Source of the DNA: Chiloscyllium plagiosum
Taxonomy: Eukaryota
Assembly: GCF_004010195.1 (NCBI RefSeq)
Contig: NC_057720.1
Span: forward strand, 31,084,150 to 31,148,149
Reading direction: 5' to 3'
Length of the DNA: 64,000 nucleotides
Under the pieces are notes generated by a model. That model saw nothing but the letters and a program-made list of their open reading frames with translations. It was not told the origin of the DNA and ran no database searches. Position 1 is the stretch's first letter. Each line of letters begins with the position of its first letter. The position numbers were made by a program, and so were the translations under genes. This document shows, in pieces, positions 1 to 12,454 of this stretch.

Positions 1-564
1 ATGTAATTGCAAAATTGCTTGTTTTTCTAGATAGCTCCTCTTTTGTCAGTCTTTTTGGTATGGCACATATGTGGATTGTTGGTTCCTCCTACAAAGTCTG
101 CTGGTCAGAATTATGTGCTCTCTGGTTCTGCATCTCAGCTGACTCAGCTGAAACATGTTGATGCCTTAATCCAGAGGTCCCCAACCTTTAATGAGAGGAA
201 CAATTGCATGACCCACACCCATTGTTTTCATAACACATATACAGTATTGAAGTTGATGTATGCATGGCTCTGGAGGTTTGTGCATGCACAGTCAATGGAG
301 GGCCTGATGTCAATATTAGGCACCAGGCCTCCAGAGGACATCCGAACCACAGAAATAGTATTGACACACTTAGGTAAAGCAGAACTGCTTCTCAAAACTT
401 TCATGTCACACTGCCCACCTGGAGTGGCATAAGAGCTGAAAACCACCAAGAATTAAGTGACTTAAACCAGATTGTAGCTAATTTAACCTGGATTTGATTC
501 TTGGATGTAACTTTGGTGTTTACCACTGAAACCAGGACTTGTAGTTGTCCACTGCATCTATCTC

Positions 565-810
565 AGAGCTGAAACGTGTGGTACTTGAAAAGTACATCAG
601 AGCTGAATATGTGTTGCTGGAAATGTGCAGCAGGTCAGGCAGCATCCAAGGAGCAGGAGAATCGACATTTCGGGCATGAGCCCTTCTTCAGGAATCTGTG
701 TGGTACTTGAAAAGCACATCAGAGCTGAAAATGTGTTGCTGGAAAAGTACAGCAGGTCAAACAGCATCCGAAGAGCAGGAGTATCGATGTTTCGGGCATA
801 AGCTCTTCAT
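565..810 (-). mobile_element. Tandem/nested pair of PLE terminal-repeat (pLTR) units, HHR family A
   Basis: Two ~100 bp units (tgctggaaa..gcagcaggtcaggcagcatcc..atcgacatttcgggcatgagcccttcttcagg), each preceded by a repeated gtgtggtacttgaaaagYacatcagagctgaa; same sequence as the 3' ends of GIY-YIG elements at ~23120 and ~28697. Confidence 0.85.
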
Positions 811-996
811 TTGTCATAAGGTCAGAAATGGGGATGTTCACCGATGATTGCACTATGTTCAGCACTGTTCGTGACTCCTCAGATACTGAAGCAGTCCGTG
901 TTCAAATGCAACAAGATCTGGACAATCCAGTCTTGGGCTGACAAATGGCAAGTAACATTTGTGCCACACACTAATGTCAGACAATAACCATCACCA

Positions 997-1223
997 AGGA
1001 GAAAGTGAGGACTGCAGATGCTGGAGATCAGAGCTGAAAATGTGTTGCTGGAAAAGCGCAGCAGGTCAGGCAGCATCCAAGGAGCAGGAGAATCGACGTT
1101 TCGGGCATGAGCCCTTCTTCAGGAAGAAGGGCTCCTGAAGAAGGGCTCATGCCCGAAACATCGATTCTCCTGGTCCTTGGATGCTGCCTGATCTGCTGCG
1201 CTTTTCCAGCAACACATTTTCAG
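997..1223. mobile_element. Palindromic (head-to-head) ORF-less pLTR/HHR insertion with 15-bp TSD
   Basis: Arms ~1032-1124 and ~1134-1224 are reverse complements; TSD caataaccatcacca at 982-996 and 1224-1238. Confidence 0.92.
1093..1124 (-). ncRNA. Minimal type I hammerhead ribozyme motif (family A), intact core
   Basis: Reverse complement reads uc-CUGAAGA-A-GGGC(UCAU)GCCC-GAAA-C-GUC-ga. Confidence 0.8.
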
Positions 1224-4200
1224 CAATAACCATCACCAGTAAGAGATACTTGAACCACTGCCCCTTGACATTCAACAGTATTACCATCATTGAATCCCAC
1301 ACTGCCAACATCCTTGGGGTTACCATTGACCAGAAACTCAACTTGACTCACCACATAAACACAGTGGCTACAAGAGCAGGTCAGAAACTAGGGATACTGC
1401 AGTGAGTAACTCACCTCCTGACACCCCAAAGTCTATCCACCATCTACAAGGCACAAGTCAGGAGTATGATGGAATACTGTTCACTTGCCTGGATGGGTAC
1501 AGCTATAACAACACTCAAGAAGCTAAACACCATCCGGACAAAGCAACCCACTTGATTGGCACCACATTACAAACATTCAATCCCTCCACCACTGGTGCTC
1601 AGTAGTAGCAGTGTGTACTGACTACAAGATGCACTGCACAAATTCACCAAAGATCCTTAGACAACATTTTCCAAACCCATGACCACTTCCACCTAGAAGG
1701 ACAAAAACTACCACCTGCAAGTTCCCCACCAAGTTACTCACCACACTGGCTTGGAAATATGCCTCCATTCCTTCACAGTCACTGGGTCAAAATCCTGGAA
1801 TTCCCTCCATACCAGCATTGCGGGTCAACCCACACCAAGTGGACTGCAGCAATTCAAGAAGGCAGCTCACCACCACCTTTTCAAGGACAAATAAGGACGG
1901 GCTATCAGTGCTAGCCAGCCAACAATGCCCAAGTTCCTCAAATGAATTTAAAAAAGATCATGTATGATCTGCCCCAGGCCCCAACTCCTGTTTCCTCTCT
2001 GCTCATCATAGCCTCAACTCCCCAGGATTTCAACAATCTATCTAGTTCCGCTTTAAATCATTTCGGCGAACTAACCTCCATTACATTTGGGGTAAATCAT
2101 TCTGTGAGAGGAAATTCAGCTTCTCAGTTTGAATATCAAAGTCTACACATCTCAGATTAACTGGTCTTATATTTTGAAAGATATAGATTACCTTTCTGCA
2201 TTATTATACTGGTAAATAGACTGATCAGTTGTAGACAAGGGGGCAGAACTCCTTGGAAGTGAGATTGTAGGCGAGAGGTTGGAACGTTAGGCTCAGACAG
2301 CAGCATGCTGGTTCCCAATTCGGAGCCGTTTTAGAAGTGGTCAGTTTGTGTGGTGGGAGTTTGGGAAACTGGTGGTAGTTGGTACCCATTAAGGCCTTTA
2401 AAGGGTCTATTAAGGGCACTGGAAAGACATCAACTGGAATTTTCCAGTAAACAGTGGCAAACAATGCTCAAAGTAATTTCTTAAAGACCTTCCCAGTCCA
2501 TGTCTGTGAGATGGTGATTGTTGTGGATGCCAAGTAAAGTAGCAGTTCTGCAACTGCCTCCACCATCTCTACCTTAGCTGCATTTGGAGCCCACCTGAAG
2601 TCTTTACGTGGTTGGCAAGAACATGTCTTGGGCACTGATTGACCAGCCATTCAGAACCTGCATCAAACAGCAATCAAAGACAGAATATGGAAATGGGCAC
2701 TAGAAAAGTCCTGACCTCAAGGCACCAACACCAAAACAAAAGTCCTACCCAAAGTTTAAAATTTGATAGTGATACTAAATTACTAGCTATTTCCCTGTTA
2801 AGCATTTTGCAATTAACATTGTTACTCCTCACCAATAGAGTATTCTATCATTCGTAATGTACCAGCCTGAAGGCCTGAATTGATTAATGCGTCAAACATT
2901 CTTGTATGTTGCAACAAATATCCCATCACTCCTCCTTTCACCCTTGAATACCAATTAGGTCAGTACACCATCAACATTTCACATGTTTAGCATCATATGT
3001 TTGGATGTTAGAGAAACATGGAATTGTAACAAGCATAAGTGATGACAGTTTCCATCACCACTCATTTTTACACCAAGGTTAAACAATCCACTATAATGAT
3101 AAGGTAACAAGGTCACACTTCATGATTCAGCTTAGAATTTATACAACAATCCAGAATGTATGGTTCATACTTAGAGATAGACGATAATACAGCAATCACT
3201 CATGTGCCTAAACAGACATCTCCATGTCATTTCTTGGTCTCAACAATTAACAGCATAATTATGCTAACACATCATAACAGGAAGACAGAATCACTATAGT
3301 AAGGAAAAGTTAGAGAATGTGATGATGAATAGATTCAGATATTCACCCATGTTTGTGAAGCCTTAACATTTATTTCCTTGACCCTCCCAAGATCATTCAA
3401 AGCTTAGACGACTGTGCGAATTTAACAAACAGTTAAAGTGATCAACGTTCTTCACAGTTTGCTTGAACTAAAAATGGGGTATGATTGAATGAATAAAATA
3501 CTTGCAGCTATGCAGCATGTCTAGCCTGTCACAAGTAATCCTCCATAACAGCAATTGACACAGCTGGGTTTCTTTATAAAAGTAAGCCTTTCCCTTTCCA
3601 TATCACGGTTCCCAAGAATACATCTGACTCCGTTTAGATCAGTACTCGACAGTTACTATTGCCACTAAATGATTAGAAAGTGGAAAATAAATAGACTCTA
3701 TACATACTGTGTTCATTTCTGTCAACGAAATGCTTTCAACTGTCAGTTCCTGTTAAATAAACATTCTCCAGGCCACATTACATGTGGTTACAGTCCAACT
3801 AATACAGAACCATATTCTTTACAATTTCCTACATGAGATTCTGCAGTACATGTAGTGTCCCTGCAACATGCTATGGATAGAATGAATTTTAACAATACTA
3901 GCATCTATTTGACCTGATGGGAATGGATCACCCAGAATGGATAAAATGCTGTAATCCAAGCAAAAAATTAATCTTGGGGGATTCAGTCTTATTAAAGCTT
4001 TTCAGTTATTTCAATGAATGATTGTTCCTTACTTGGGAACAACATAAACAAAGATATTTCTCTGACATACCTAAGTACTGTCAATTCTAATGGATCTTAG
4101 AATTTGATTTCTGACTAAGTATGAATGTTAAGTCATTGACCACACATTAGGCTGCTTTTTTTGAGCTCTAACACTGGACTATAGGGTATAGGAGCACTGC

Positions 4201-4877
4201 TGCAGCAATCTAAAGAGCTGCAACATGGAACAGTTAAATTGTTACTTTTCCATCTATCATACTACAGTCATGAATGAAATGATAGGCTTGGATGGAAAAA
4301 TACAGCTACAAACCGTGTGTGGTGATGTCAGGTTCCATCAGCAGTCATTTTTACGCCAAAGTTACATACTCCAATATGATGACAGGGTTACACCTAATGA
4401 TTCAACTTCGAATTTATAAAACACTCCAACTGTACTTTTAAATAACAAAATAATAACATATCCAAAGTACATACCCATCGTTGGAGGACAGTACAAAGAT
4501 CATGTGAATAGGCGATCGTCATATAATTTTTGGATATGAATATTCCTTGGTATGATTTTTCTATCACATCAGAAATGAAAAGCAGAATTACTTCTGTAGG
4601 GATTGGGGATTAAAACCAAAGGATGTGTGGGGTGATGAATATGTTCAAGTGTGCAAACCTGAGGCCCTAACAAGGAGCTTGTATGGACTACTTTATCCAC
4701 ATTCAAATCTAACAAGTTGTAAACATAATGCATTTTCTATGGAAGTCAAAGGCAAGGACCAAGGGGTGACTTTGAGAAATCTCCTTCCTGATTTCAGGAC
4801 CTTCAATCAGGCACAGAATATCTCATCCCCACATCCCAAGGAGACCAATAAGCCTAACATTGGTAGCGGGGAAAATC

Positions 4878-6873
4878 CGCGAATCCATTATCAAGGACAT
4901 TTAGAAAGCAATGGCAGGATCAGAAAGAGACAGCATGGATTTATGAACCATGCTTGACAAATCTGTTGGAATTCTTTGAAGATGTAACTAATGGAGTTGA
5001 CAAGGGTGAGCCAATTGATGTGGTATATTTGGACTTCCAAAAAATGTATGACAAAGTCCCGCATAAGAGATTATTGTGTAAGATTAAAGTGCGTGGGATT
5101 GAAAAAAGTTTATTGAGATGTATAGAAAACTGGTTAGCAGGGAGGAAACAATGAATAGGGTTCTTTTCAAATTGGCAGACAGTAACTAGTGGGATGCTAG
5201 AGGAAATAGTGCTAGGACCCCAACTATTCACAATATATATTAATGATTTGGATAAGGGAACAAAATGCAACATCTCAAAGTTTGCAAATGATATCAGGTT
5301 GGGTGGGAGAGTGAACTGTATTGAGGATGCAAAGATGCTTCAGCATGGATATACATTTACTCTCTGAGCTGGAAGGATCTTTCCAAATGTTTCATCACCC
5401 TACTAGTTAACATCTTCAATGGGCCTCAGGTGAAGCACTGCTGATAATTCCTGCTTTCTATTTATATGTTTGGGTTTCTTCGGGTTGGTGATGTCATTTC
5501 CTGTGGTGATGTGATTTCCTATGGTGAAGTCACCTCCTGTTCTTTTTACTCAGGGGATGGTAGATGGAGTCTAACTTGATGTGGTTGTTGATAGAGTTCC
5601 AGTTGGAATGCCATGCTTCTAGGAATTCTCACGCATGTCTTTGTTTGGCTTACATATGGATGAGGAAGGACACCACTTCAACTGGGACAACACATCCATC
5701 TTATGACAAGCCAAACAAAGACATGCATGAGAATTCCTAGAAGCATGGCATTCCAGCCAGAACTCTATCAACAAACACATCGAGTTAGATCCCATCTACC
5801 ACCCCCTGAGAAAAAAGAACAGGAAGTGACTTCACCACAGGAAATGACATCACCACAGGAAATGATTACACCAGCCCGAAAAAACCAAACATATAAATCG
5901 AAAGCAGGAAATAATCAGCAGTGCTTCGACTGAGGCCCACTGAAGACGTTACCTAGTAGGGTGACAAAACGTTTGGAAAGAACCTCAACCTGAGCCAGAA
6001 ATCTTCTCAAAACTCGCTAATGCTTCCGCATGATCTGGACAGGTTGGGCAAGTGGACAAATCAATGGCAGATGCAGTATAATTTGGATAAATGTGAGGTT
6101 GTTCACTTTGGAAAACAAGAAGGTAGATTACTACCTGAATGGCTGTAAATTGGGAGATGGGAATATGCTGAAGGTAACCATCCAGGTGCAGTAGGTGGTA
6201 AAGAAGGCAAATGGTATTTTGGCCTTCATTGCGAGAGATTTCAAGTACAGGAGCAGGGATGTGTTGTTGCAGTTATACAGGGCTGTGATGAGGCCCATCT
6301 AGAATATTGTGTGCAGTTTTGGTCTCCTTTTCTGGGGAAGGATGCTTTTGCTCTCAAGAGAATGCAGCGAAGGTTTACCCGGCTGATTCCAGGGATGGCA
6401 GGACTGACATATGAGGAGAGATTGACTGGGTTAGGATTGTTTTTGCTGAAGTTCAGATAAGTGAGGGGGGACCTCATAGAGATTTATAAATTTCTAACAG
6501 GACCTTAAGGATAGATGGAGGGAAGATGTTCCCGATGGTGGGTCCATCCAGAACCAGTCTGAGGATATGGGGTGGACCATTTAGGACGGAGATGAGGAGA
6601 CATTTCTTCACTCAAAGAGTGGTGAGCCTGTGGAAGTCATTACCACGAAGTCATTGATGCCAAAACATTGAATTTATTCAAGAGGCAGCTAGGTATAGCA
6701 TTTCAGGTAAATAGGATCAAAGTTTATGGGGAGAAAGCAAGATTAGGCTATGGATTTAAATGATCAGCCATGATCATGATGAATCGGGGAGGGGGCTCAA
6801 AGGACCGAATGGGGGGAGGAGTCTCGAAGGGCCGAATGGCCTCCTTCTGCTCCTATCTGCTATGTTTCTATGT
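4878..6873 (+). mobile_element. CR1 LINE ORF2 (RT) 3' portion, degenerate, interrupted at 5348-6019
   Basis: TNLLEFFEDVT..VDKGEPIDVVYLDFQK.YDKVPHKRLL, LGPQLFTIYINDL, KFAND, CVQFWSP; 3' hairpin and ctatgttt repeat tail. Confidence 0.93.
5348..6019. mobile_element. PLE 3' fragment (Poseidon-like endonuclease C-terminus plus pLTR) with inverted copy; HHR family C
   Basis: ~5370-5651 is the reverse complement of ~5707-5985; peptide HHFNWDNTSIL..EFLEAWHSSQNSINKHIELDPIYHPL; TSD atgcttcMgcatg at 5335-5347 and 6020-6032; cca-CUGAAGA-C-GUUACC..GGUGAC-aAAAC-GUU-ugg at ~5937-5976. Confidence 0.82.
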
Positions 6874-7049
6874 TTCTGTGTAAACCTGATAGGGTTTTCT
6901 GGGTTGCCTTCAGGAGGCAGAGGATAGGTATTTGATCTCTGAGCTCAATAACAAACTGGATTGGCATATCATCAGCAGTGATGAAGAATCCTATGCTAGT
7001 CTCTCTTGATCCCTCCCCAACTTCACTGAGGGAGGTTCTGCTGCATCTA

Positions 7050-7185
7050 CAGAGTTGAAGAATCACAAAACACTAGGTTATAGTCTAACAGGTTTATTTG
7101 GAAGCACTAGCTTTCATAGCACTGCTCCTTCATCAAGTGGTTAAGGAGCAGCGCTCTGAAAACTAGTGCTTCCAAATTAACCTGT
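7050..7185. mobile_element. Short palindromic pLTR-like element, HHR family D
   Basis: acaggtttatttggaagcactagctttc...ctccttcatca / aaggagcagcgctctgaaaactagtgcttccaaattaacctgt; same family at 54695, 57870 and 58540. Confidence 0.75.
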
Positions 7186-7202
7186 GACAGTGTCATAAAT
7201 CT

Positions 7203-7297
7203 TATTCCTGAAGAAGGGCTCATGCCCGAAACGTCAATTCTCCTGCTCCTTGGATGCTGCCTAACCTGCTGCACTTTTCCAGCAACACACTTTCAGT
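7203..7297 (+). mobile_element. Solo pLTR unit with intact HHR core (7208-7235), family A
   Basis: CTGAAGA-A-GGGCTCATGCCC-GAAACGTC followed by the conserved tgctgcct..cctgctg..cttttccagca tail. Confidence 0.85.
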
Positions 7298-8344
7298 TAT
7301 GTTCTATGGCTGCAAAGGGCTGCACTATGCCCATTGAATGTTCAGTGCTATAATGTATTAAGCACCCAGCCTTGTAATGACTTAATTGTCCAGCAATCTA
7401 ATGTTACTCAGTGTTCAGTATTTTAATGGACAGAGTTGTCCTATAGAGTCGTTGAGATGTACAGCATGGAAACAGACTCTTCAGTCCAACCTGTCCATAT
7501 AGATCTATAATAGCTGAGCATTGGGCATTGCAAACATGTTGAGTGAGCAGCACTGCAATGTTTAACTCTCAACATTGCAATAATACTTTTTCCAGATTTG
7601 AAAAGCTGCTGGTTGTCCAGCAGTTTAATAGTACCGAGTCTTCATCATTGCAATGGTGCTGATAATACATAAAGCCATTCAGTGTCAATGCAGTATGTGT
7701 CCTCTTGATGGGAGAGGGGATGGGTAAAACTCCTGACCGAAACGTATCGAAATAGGACAGAATCTGATCAGACCCAACAGCCAGCCCAAATTAAAGAAAT
7801 GCCACAATATTTTTTTAAAATTGCCTTTTTGACTTTCAGAATTTTACAGTTGATGTTAGCAGAAAATGCACCACAGAAAGAGAAGGTCCAATCACTTGGT
7901 CCTTGAAGATGGACTGGAGTGTGAAAGAGAAGCTGGATCAGAGCAAGCTTTTGCTCCAGAGATTGTAAGTGGAAGTTATTTGGAGGATGTAGAAATTTCC
8001 AGAGTTCTGTATTTAATAGCACTGCATCATTGACAAATCGGGCTGATTCCAACATGCTCCAAAACAAATAAAGATATTTTTCTCTTGCTGATATTAAAAA
8101 GATAAACACTTCATGAATACAAACAGCAGAATGAGAAATGTCTTAATTCAGGTATTGGTCTGTTTATCTTAAATAGTTAAATAGTGTAAGCATTGGCCAG
8201 ATCACACAAGCAGAGAAATATACAGTCACCCTGATTTAACCATCAGCATTGGCTCCCCTGCATTGACTCCAACTACTGACTTATTATTTTCTGTTCTAGT
8301 GCTATCTGTCTCATCTTTGTATTGCTCTTTGATGCTTTTTTCTG

Positions 8345-8640
8345 ACTCCCTCACTCCTGCTAAGTTAGTTTAAACTCTGCTTAATAGCAAAATGCCCACA
8401 AGGACTCAGTCCTGGCTCTGTTAAAGTACAAACCATTCAGCCTGTACAGGTCCCACCTTCCCCAGAATCAGCTCCAAGAATCAAAAGCTGTGTCAGCTCT
8501 CCAGCCACATATACAACTGTCATTTCCTTACCTTTCTACACTCTCTTCCTACAGCACTGGGAGTAATCAGGGGATTTCTATTTTTGAGGACCTACTGGTT
8601 ATTTTTCTACCTAGCTCCCTAAATTCTGACAGTAGGTCTA
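8345..8640 (-). mobile_element. Degenerate CR1 ORF1 (esterase C-terminus) fragment
   Basis: Minus strand reads RWDLYRLNGLYFNRA, then tttaaactaa, resembling the end of CR1 ORF1. Confidence 0.45.
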
Positions 8641-8659
8641 CCTCATATCATTGACTGAC

Positions 8660-9060
8660 TTCACCCTTTCTCAATTTATCAGCTGCTGAATCCTTCATTC
8701 ATGCCTTTGTTATCTCCAGGTGTGGCTATTTTAATGCAATCTTGGCAGATCACAAAATCTTCGGGTCATCCAAAACCTCGACTTTCAATGCTTTAACTCA
8801 CACCCAAGTCTTGTTCCTCTATTTCCCACCTCCTGCTCTGCAATACACCCCCAACACCCCGACCACACTCTCTAACCTACATTGGCTACCGGTCATTTGA
8901 AAATGATATTTCTTGACTTCAAATACTTTTATGCACTTGCCAATCCACAATTTTCTTAAGTTGCACCACCTTCCGAGGTACCTGTGTTCCACTAATTCTG
9001 GTGTCTGTACATTACTCCCCCATTGGTGGCTGCTTCTGCAGTTGTCTTTGTACCAAAATT
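8660..9060 (+). mobile_element. Old L2 LINE 3' fragment
   Basis: AAESFIHAFVISRCGYFNAILA (cf. L2 LVHAFISSRLDYCNSLL) and LHWLPV. Confidence 0.6.
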
Positions 9061-9305
9061 GGGGTACACCACTTAAATTCAACCACCTTCGTGCCTCACT
9101 TGCACCTTAAATTGTATCTTTTTCATCATGCTTTTCATCATTTCACTTAATATTACCTTATGCAGCTCGGTGTCATAATTACACTTACAAAATTTTGTTT
9201 TAACTAGCACCATATCACCTGGCACTCTTGATAAACGAACAAAAAAAAGTACGTCAAATGCAGTACTGCGACCTATCAAGATGTCCAACTAATTCTGCTG
9301 CAAGT

Positions 9306-9796
9306 AAATTGAATTGAATTGAATTGAATTTATTGTCACGTGTACTGAGGCACAGTGAAAAGCTTTGGCTTGCAAGCAATACAGGCAGATCACGTAGTTA
9401 AATAGCAGGGATCGTAAATAATAGGTAAACAGTGGCAAAAATCAAAACACAGCTCCAGGTGAATGTTAAGAGTTTGTGAGTCCATTCTGTACTCTAACAA
9501 AAGTAGGGTAGAAACAGTTGCAAAACTGGCTGGTGTGTGTGTTCAGGCTTCTGTACCTTCTCCCCGATGGTAGAGGTTGTAGAAAAGCATTGCCAGGGTG
9601 GGATGGATCTTTAAGAATGCTGGCAGCCTTTCCTTGACAGTGGGCCTGGTGGATGGATTCTACAGATGGGAGGTTGGCCTTTGTGGTTGTCCGGGCCGAG
9701 TTCACCCCTCTCTGTAACTGTCTCCGATCTTGAATGGTACAATTGCCATACCAGGTAGTGATACATCCAGACAGAATGCTTTCAATGGCGCACCTA
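9306..9796 (-). mobile_element. REX1/Babar-type LINE 3' end
   Basis: ILKDPSHPGNAFLQPLPSGRRYRSL...FYP; (AATTG)n tail on the plus strand; sister copy at 52215-52675. Confidence 0.85.
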
Positions 9797-10189
9797 CGCC
9801 TGCATTACGTTTCGATTATTTACTGCATATTTTTACATTGATTGTTGGAGGTGTGTTGATGTTTTTACATAGATATTTTGAGGGGTATTGATGTTTCGAA
9901 GCTTTGCTTGGTCAGGGTTTACTATGGTTATGTGTATCGCTTGAATATCCAGAATATTTGATCAACTGGCACACTTCTGGTCCCATGGTGCGGGTTAATA
10001 AAATGCTTGCTGGATATAGATAATGCTCATGTGGGGTGCTTTGGGACTTTTCTTTATGCTAAAAGGCAATATTGCTGGTTACATGTCACCTTGTTGATTA
10101 CGTGACTCTATTAAAACAGCAAAGAAACATAATTAAATTATTCATTCAAATATACTGCCTCCCCCCTGTAATCTCTGGTCCTTTGTTTA

Positions 10190-10270
10190 TGTTATTTTTC
10201 TGGCATGAATCCACTGCTGTTTGTGGTAGCTTGCTGTGCGCAAATTGTTTGTCCCATTTTCTACATTGCA
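10190..10270 (+). mobile_element. DeuSINE (SacSINE1/AmnSINE1-like) Deu-domain remnant
   Basis: gctgtttgtggtagcttgctgtgcgcaaattg...ttctacattgca matches the Deu core as recalled. Confidence 0.55.
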
Positions 10271-12219
10271 AGAGTAGGGGCTGAGTCTTCCCAGAAATTG
10301 ACCAAGTGTCAATTTTAGGGAGTTTCGTGGAGAGATTCTCTGCAAAAGCTCCAGCAAATTACCTCACAGAATTCTTTGCATCGTACCTCATTATGTAAGC
10401 ACCAATCATTATGTACCTCATTATGTAAGCACCATGTTATCCTCCAATCAGCAATGGTGGATGTAATCGCCACTGCCAGCACTGGCTGCATATTTAAAGC
10501 CCAGTTGAACACCAGGAGCTATCATTCACACTGCAAATAACGGGAGGCAAATGAAAAAGAAATGCTCTGAGGTCACATGGATGACACTCGATGCAAATAG
10601 AAGCTCAGATTTTGCACAATGTTAGGTAAATGCAAGTGTTGTAGCAGTATTGGAACACCTTGGACTGGACACATCAATACATACAAGAGCCCTCTCAATG
10701 TTTACTAATGAGACTCTCTTCTCACCTTTCAAAACCTGGTTGTTGAGGCTGGAGTTATTTTTCTTGGTGGTGAGACTGTCATTTCTTTGAACTCACTAAA
10801 ATTTCTCAAATGACCCATATCATCTTGGGGCTGGAAACATTCAGCCTTATGTTTGAAGAGTTCTTCTATGGTGACAAAGTGCTTTGGAATATGTGGTGGT
10901 CATTAAATGCACGATAAATAGTGAAAAGAAGGAAAGACTTTCTATCATTTTCATTATCCATGCTGTTTGTACATTTTTTCCCAATACTTAGAGTTGAAAA
11001 CACAAGCATATAATTTATGCACTAGAATTTACTTGTTGAATAAACAAAATAAAATTTAATTCCTTTCCTACTTCATTCAAAAATCTTTGGGGATTAATAT
11101 ATTGAATCTACACAATTTGGAGGCCAAGTTCAAAAAATCTGTAACCGCTAGTCAGTATGCTCAAGGTCAGGGCCAACCAAAATATCTACATGTTAAACTA
11201 ACAGAGCCTGTCATCTCCCCATCTCCTTGTATATCATATCACACTTAACAGGAAATGAGAATCAATTAGGCTATTTCCTAAGGTGACAGATGCCTGCCTT
11301 TGAGTGATACACATGGAACCTTCTGAAGCAGTCTTAGCTAGATGCAAAAGATGACATGTGAAGAAATGAAGGCCATGGTTACCATGCCCCCTCATCTCTC
11401 GATCATCCATAATTTTATGAGATAGTGGATACTGCAAATCGAATTGATTGCAAAATGCCTGTATTTGCAAAGAGCTAAAGTTACTGCAAAACAAATTTCT
11501 ACTGTGAAGCCCAGAGTTTGCTGGGACCTGTGGTCAAAAATATCTGGGAATGTAACACTAAACATAAAAGCTGTTGGACTTATGTGTAAAAAAAGAACAA
11601 ACATCTGGTTCACAAAATCCTTTGTCCTTCCTTGCCCAGACTTGCCTATATGAATGCGGCCCCATGTGGTTAACTCTTAACTGCCTGATGTGGCCCAGCA
11701 GGCTTTCATAAACTTCAAGGAAGAAAACAGAAATCAAACATTGAATTGTACATACAGCCTAGAGGAAGCCATTCAGTCCATCACATCCATTCTGGCTCTC
11801 TGTAATATATTTACATGAAATGATTTCATTTATTTCAACATATCTGTACCCAATCTTTGAAAGGACTCTGCATTTATTCTTCTCATTTATTTATCTTTTT
11901 CATGGTTTTCTTATTTGTGTTTCTGTCCTGCACTTTCTTTTTTCAAATCTACATGATTTAGAATTCTCGCATGCAATTCGTTCAATCCTCCATTATAGCT
12001 TTCTTGATGTCTTGTGAGTGGGATGTATAAAATGCTATCTTCATTTCTTGTGACTGGACTGCCACAGGAAAGAAGAGATGATGGACAAATGAAAGCCGAT
12101 TGCCAGCATTTATCAAGCACCGCAAGTGGGTAAGCGTAGTGCTCGGAACGCTCGGAAACATGTAGTCTGCTCGATGATGCCCTATTTGCTCAGAATATGG
12201 CTGTTGGTGAGTACTCAAT

Positions 12220-12454
12220 TGAAATAGTTCTTCAGAGGCCAGTATCTTTTCTCCAAGTCTCTCTTTATTTCTATGTGGACAATCCTCGACACTGATCCAG
12301 CTCTCACAGAGCCAGCTCTCAGAGTGTTAGAATGACTTATATTCATCTTTTTATCTGTCAGCCAGGGGTCCCTGATTGGAGCAGATTATCAACCCCAATC
12401 AGAGAACGCATATTCTATGAGATCTACCTGGATGACCTTGTTACAATAACTACA
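12220..12454 (-). repeat. 3' LTR of the Gypsy element
   Basis: TG...CA ends, directly abuts the polypurine tract; homologous solo copy at 27287-27522. Confidence 0.8.

Larger units (their letters stand above)
811..1950 (+). mobile_element. CR1-group LINE 3' fragment (RT C-terminus plus 3' UTR), split by an insertion at 997-1223
   Basis: MFTDDCTMF (FADD-type motif) at 834, QQDLD, ILGVTIDQKLNLTHHINTVATRAGQKLGIL; related 3' UTR recurs at ~36.7, 56.3 and 59.3 kb. Confidence 0.85.

Noticed and set aside
43..449. 129-aa and 73-aa ORFs at the window start
   Set aside because: No recognisable domain, non-ATG starts, no splice support
565..1238. Clustered short repeats as a CRISPR-like array
   Set aside because: No regular repeat-spacer periodicity; units match PLE termini; vertebrate context
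7850..7964. Possible exon (ttttacag ... ATT|GTAAGT)
   Set aside because: No recognisable protein in any frame and no partner exons; compatible with chance
10383..10434. 22-bp direct repeat gtacctcattatgtaagcacca
   Set aside because: Simple two-copy local duplication with no further structure
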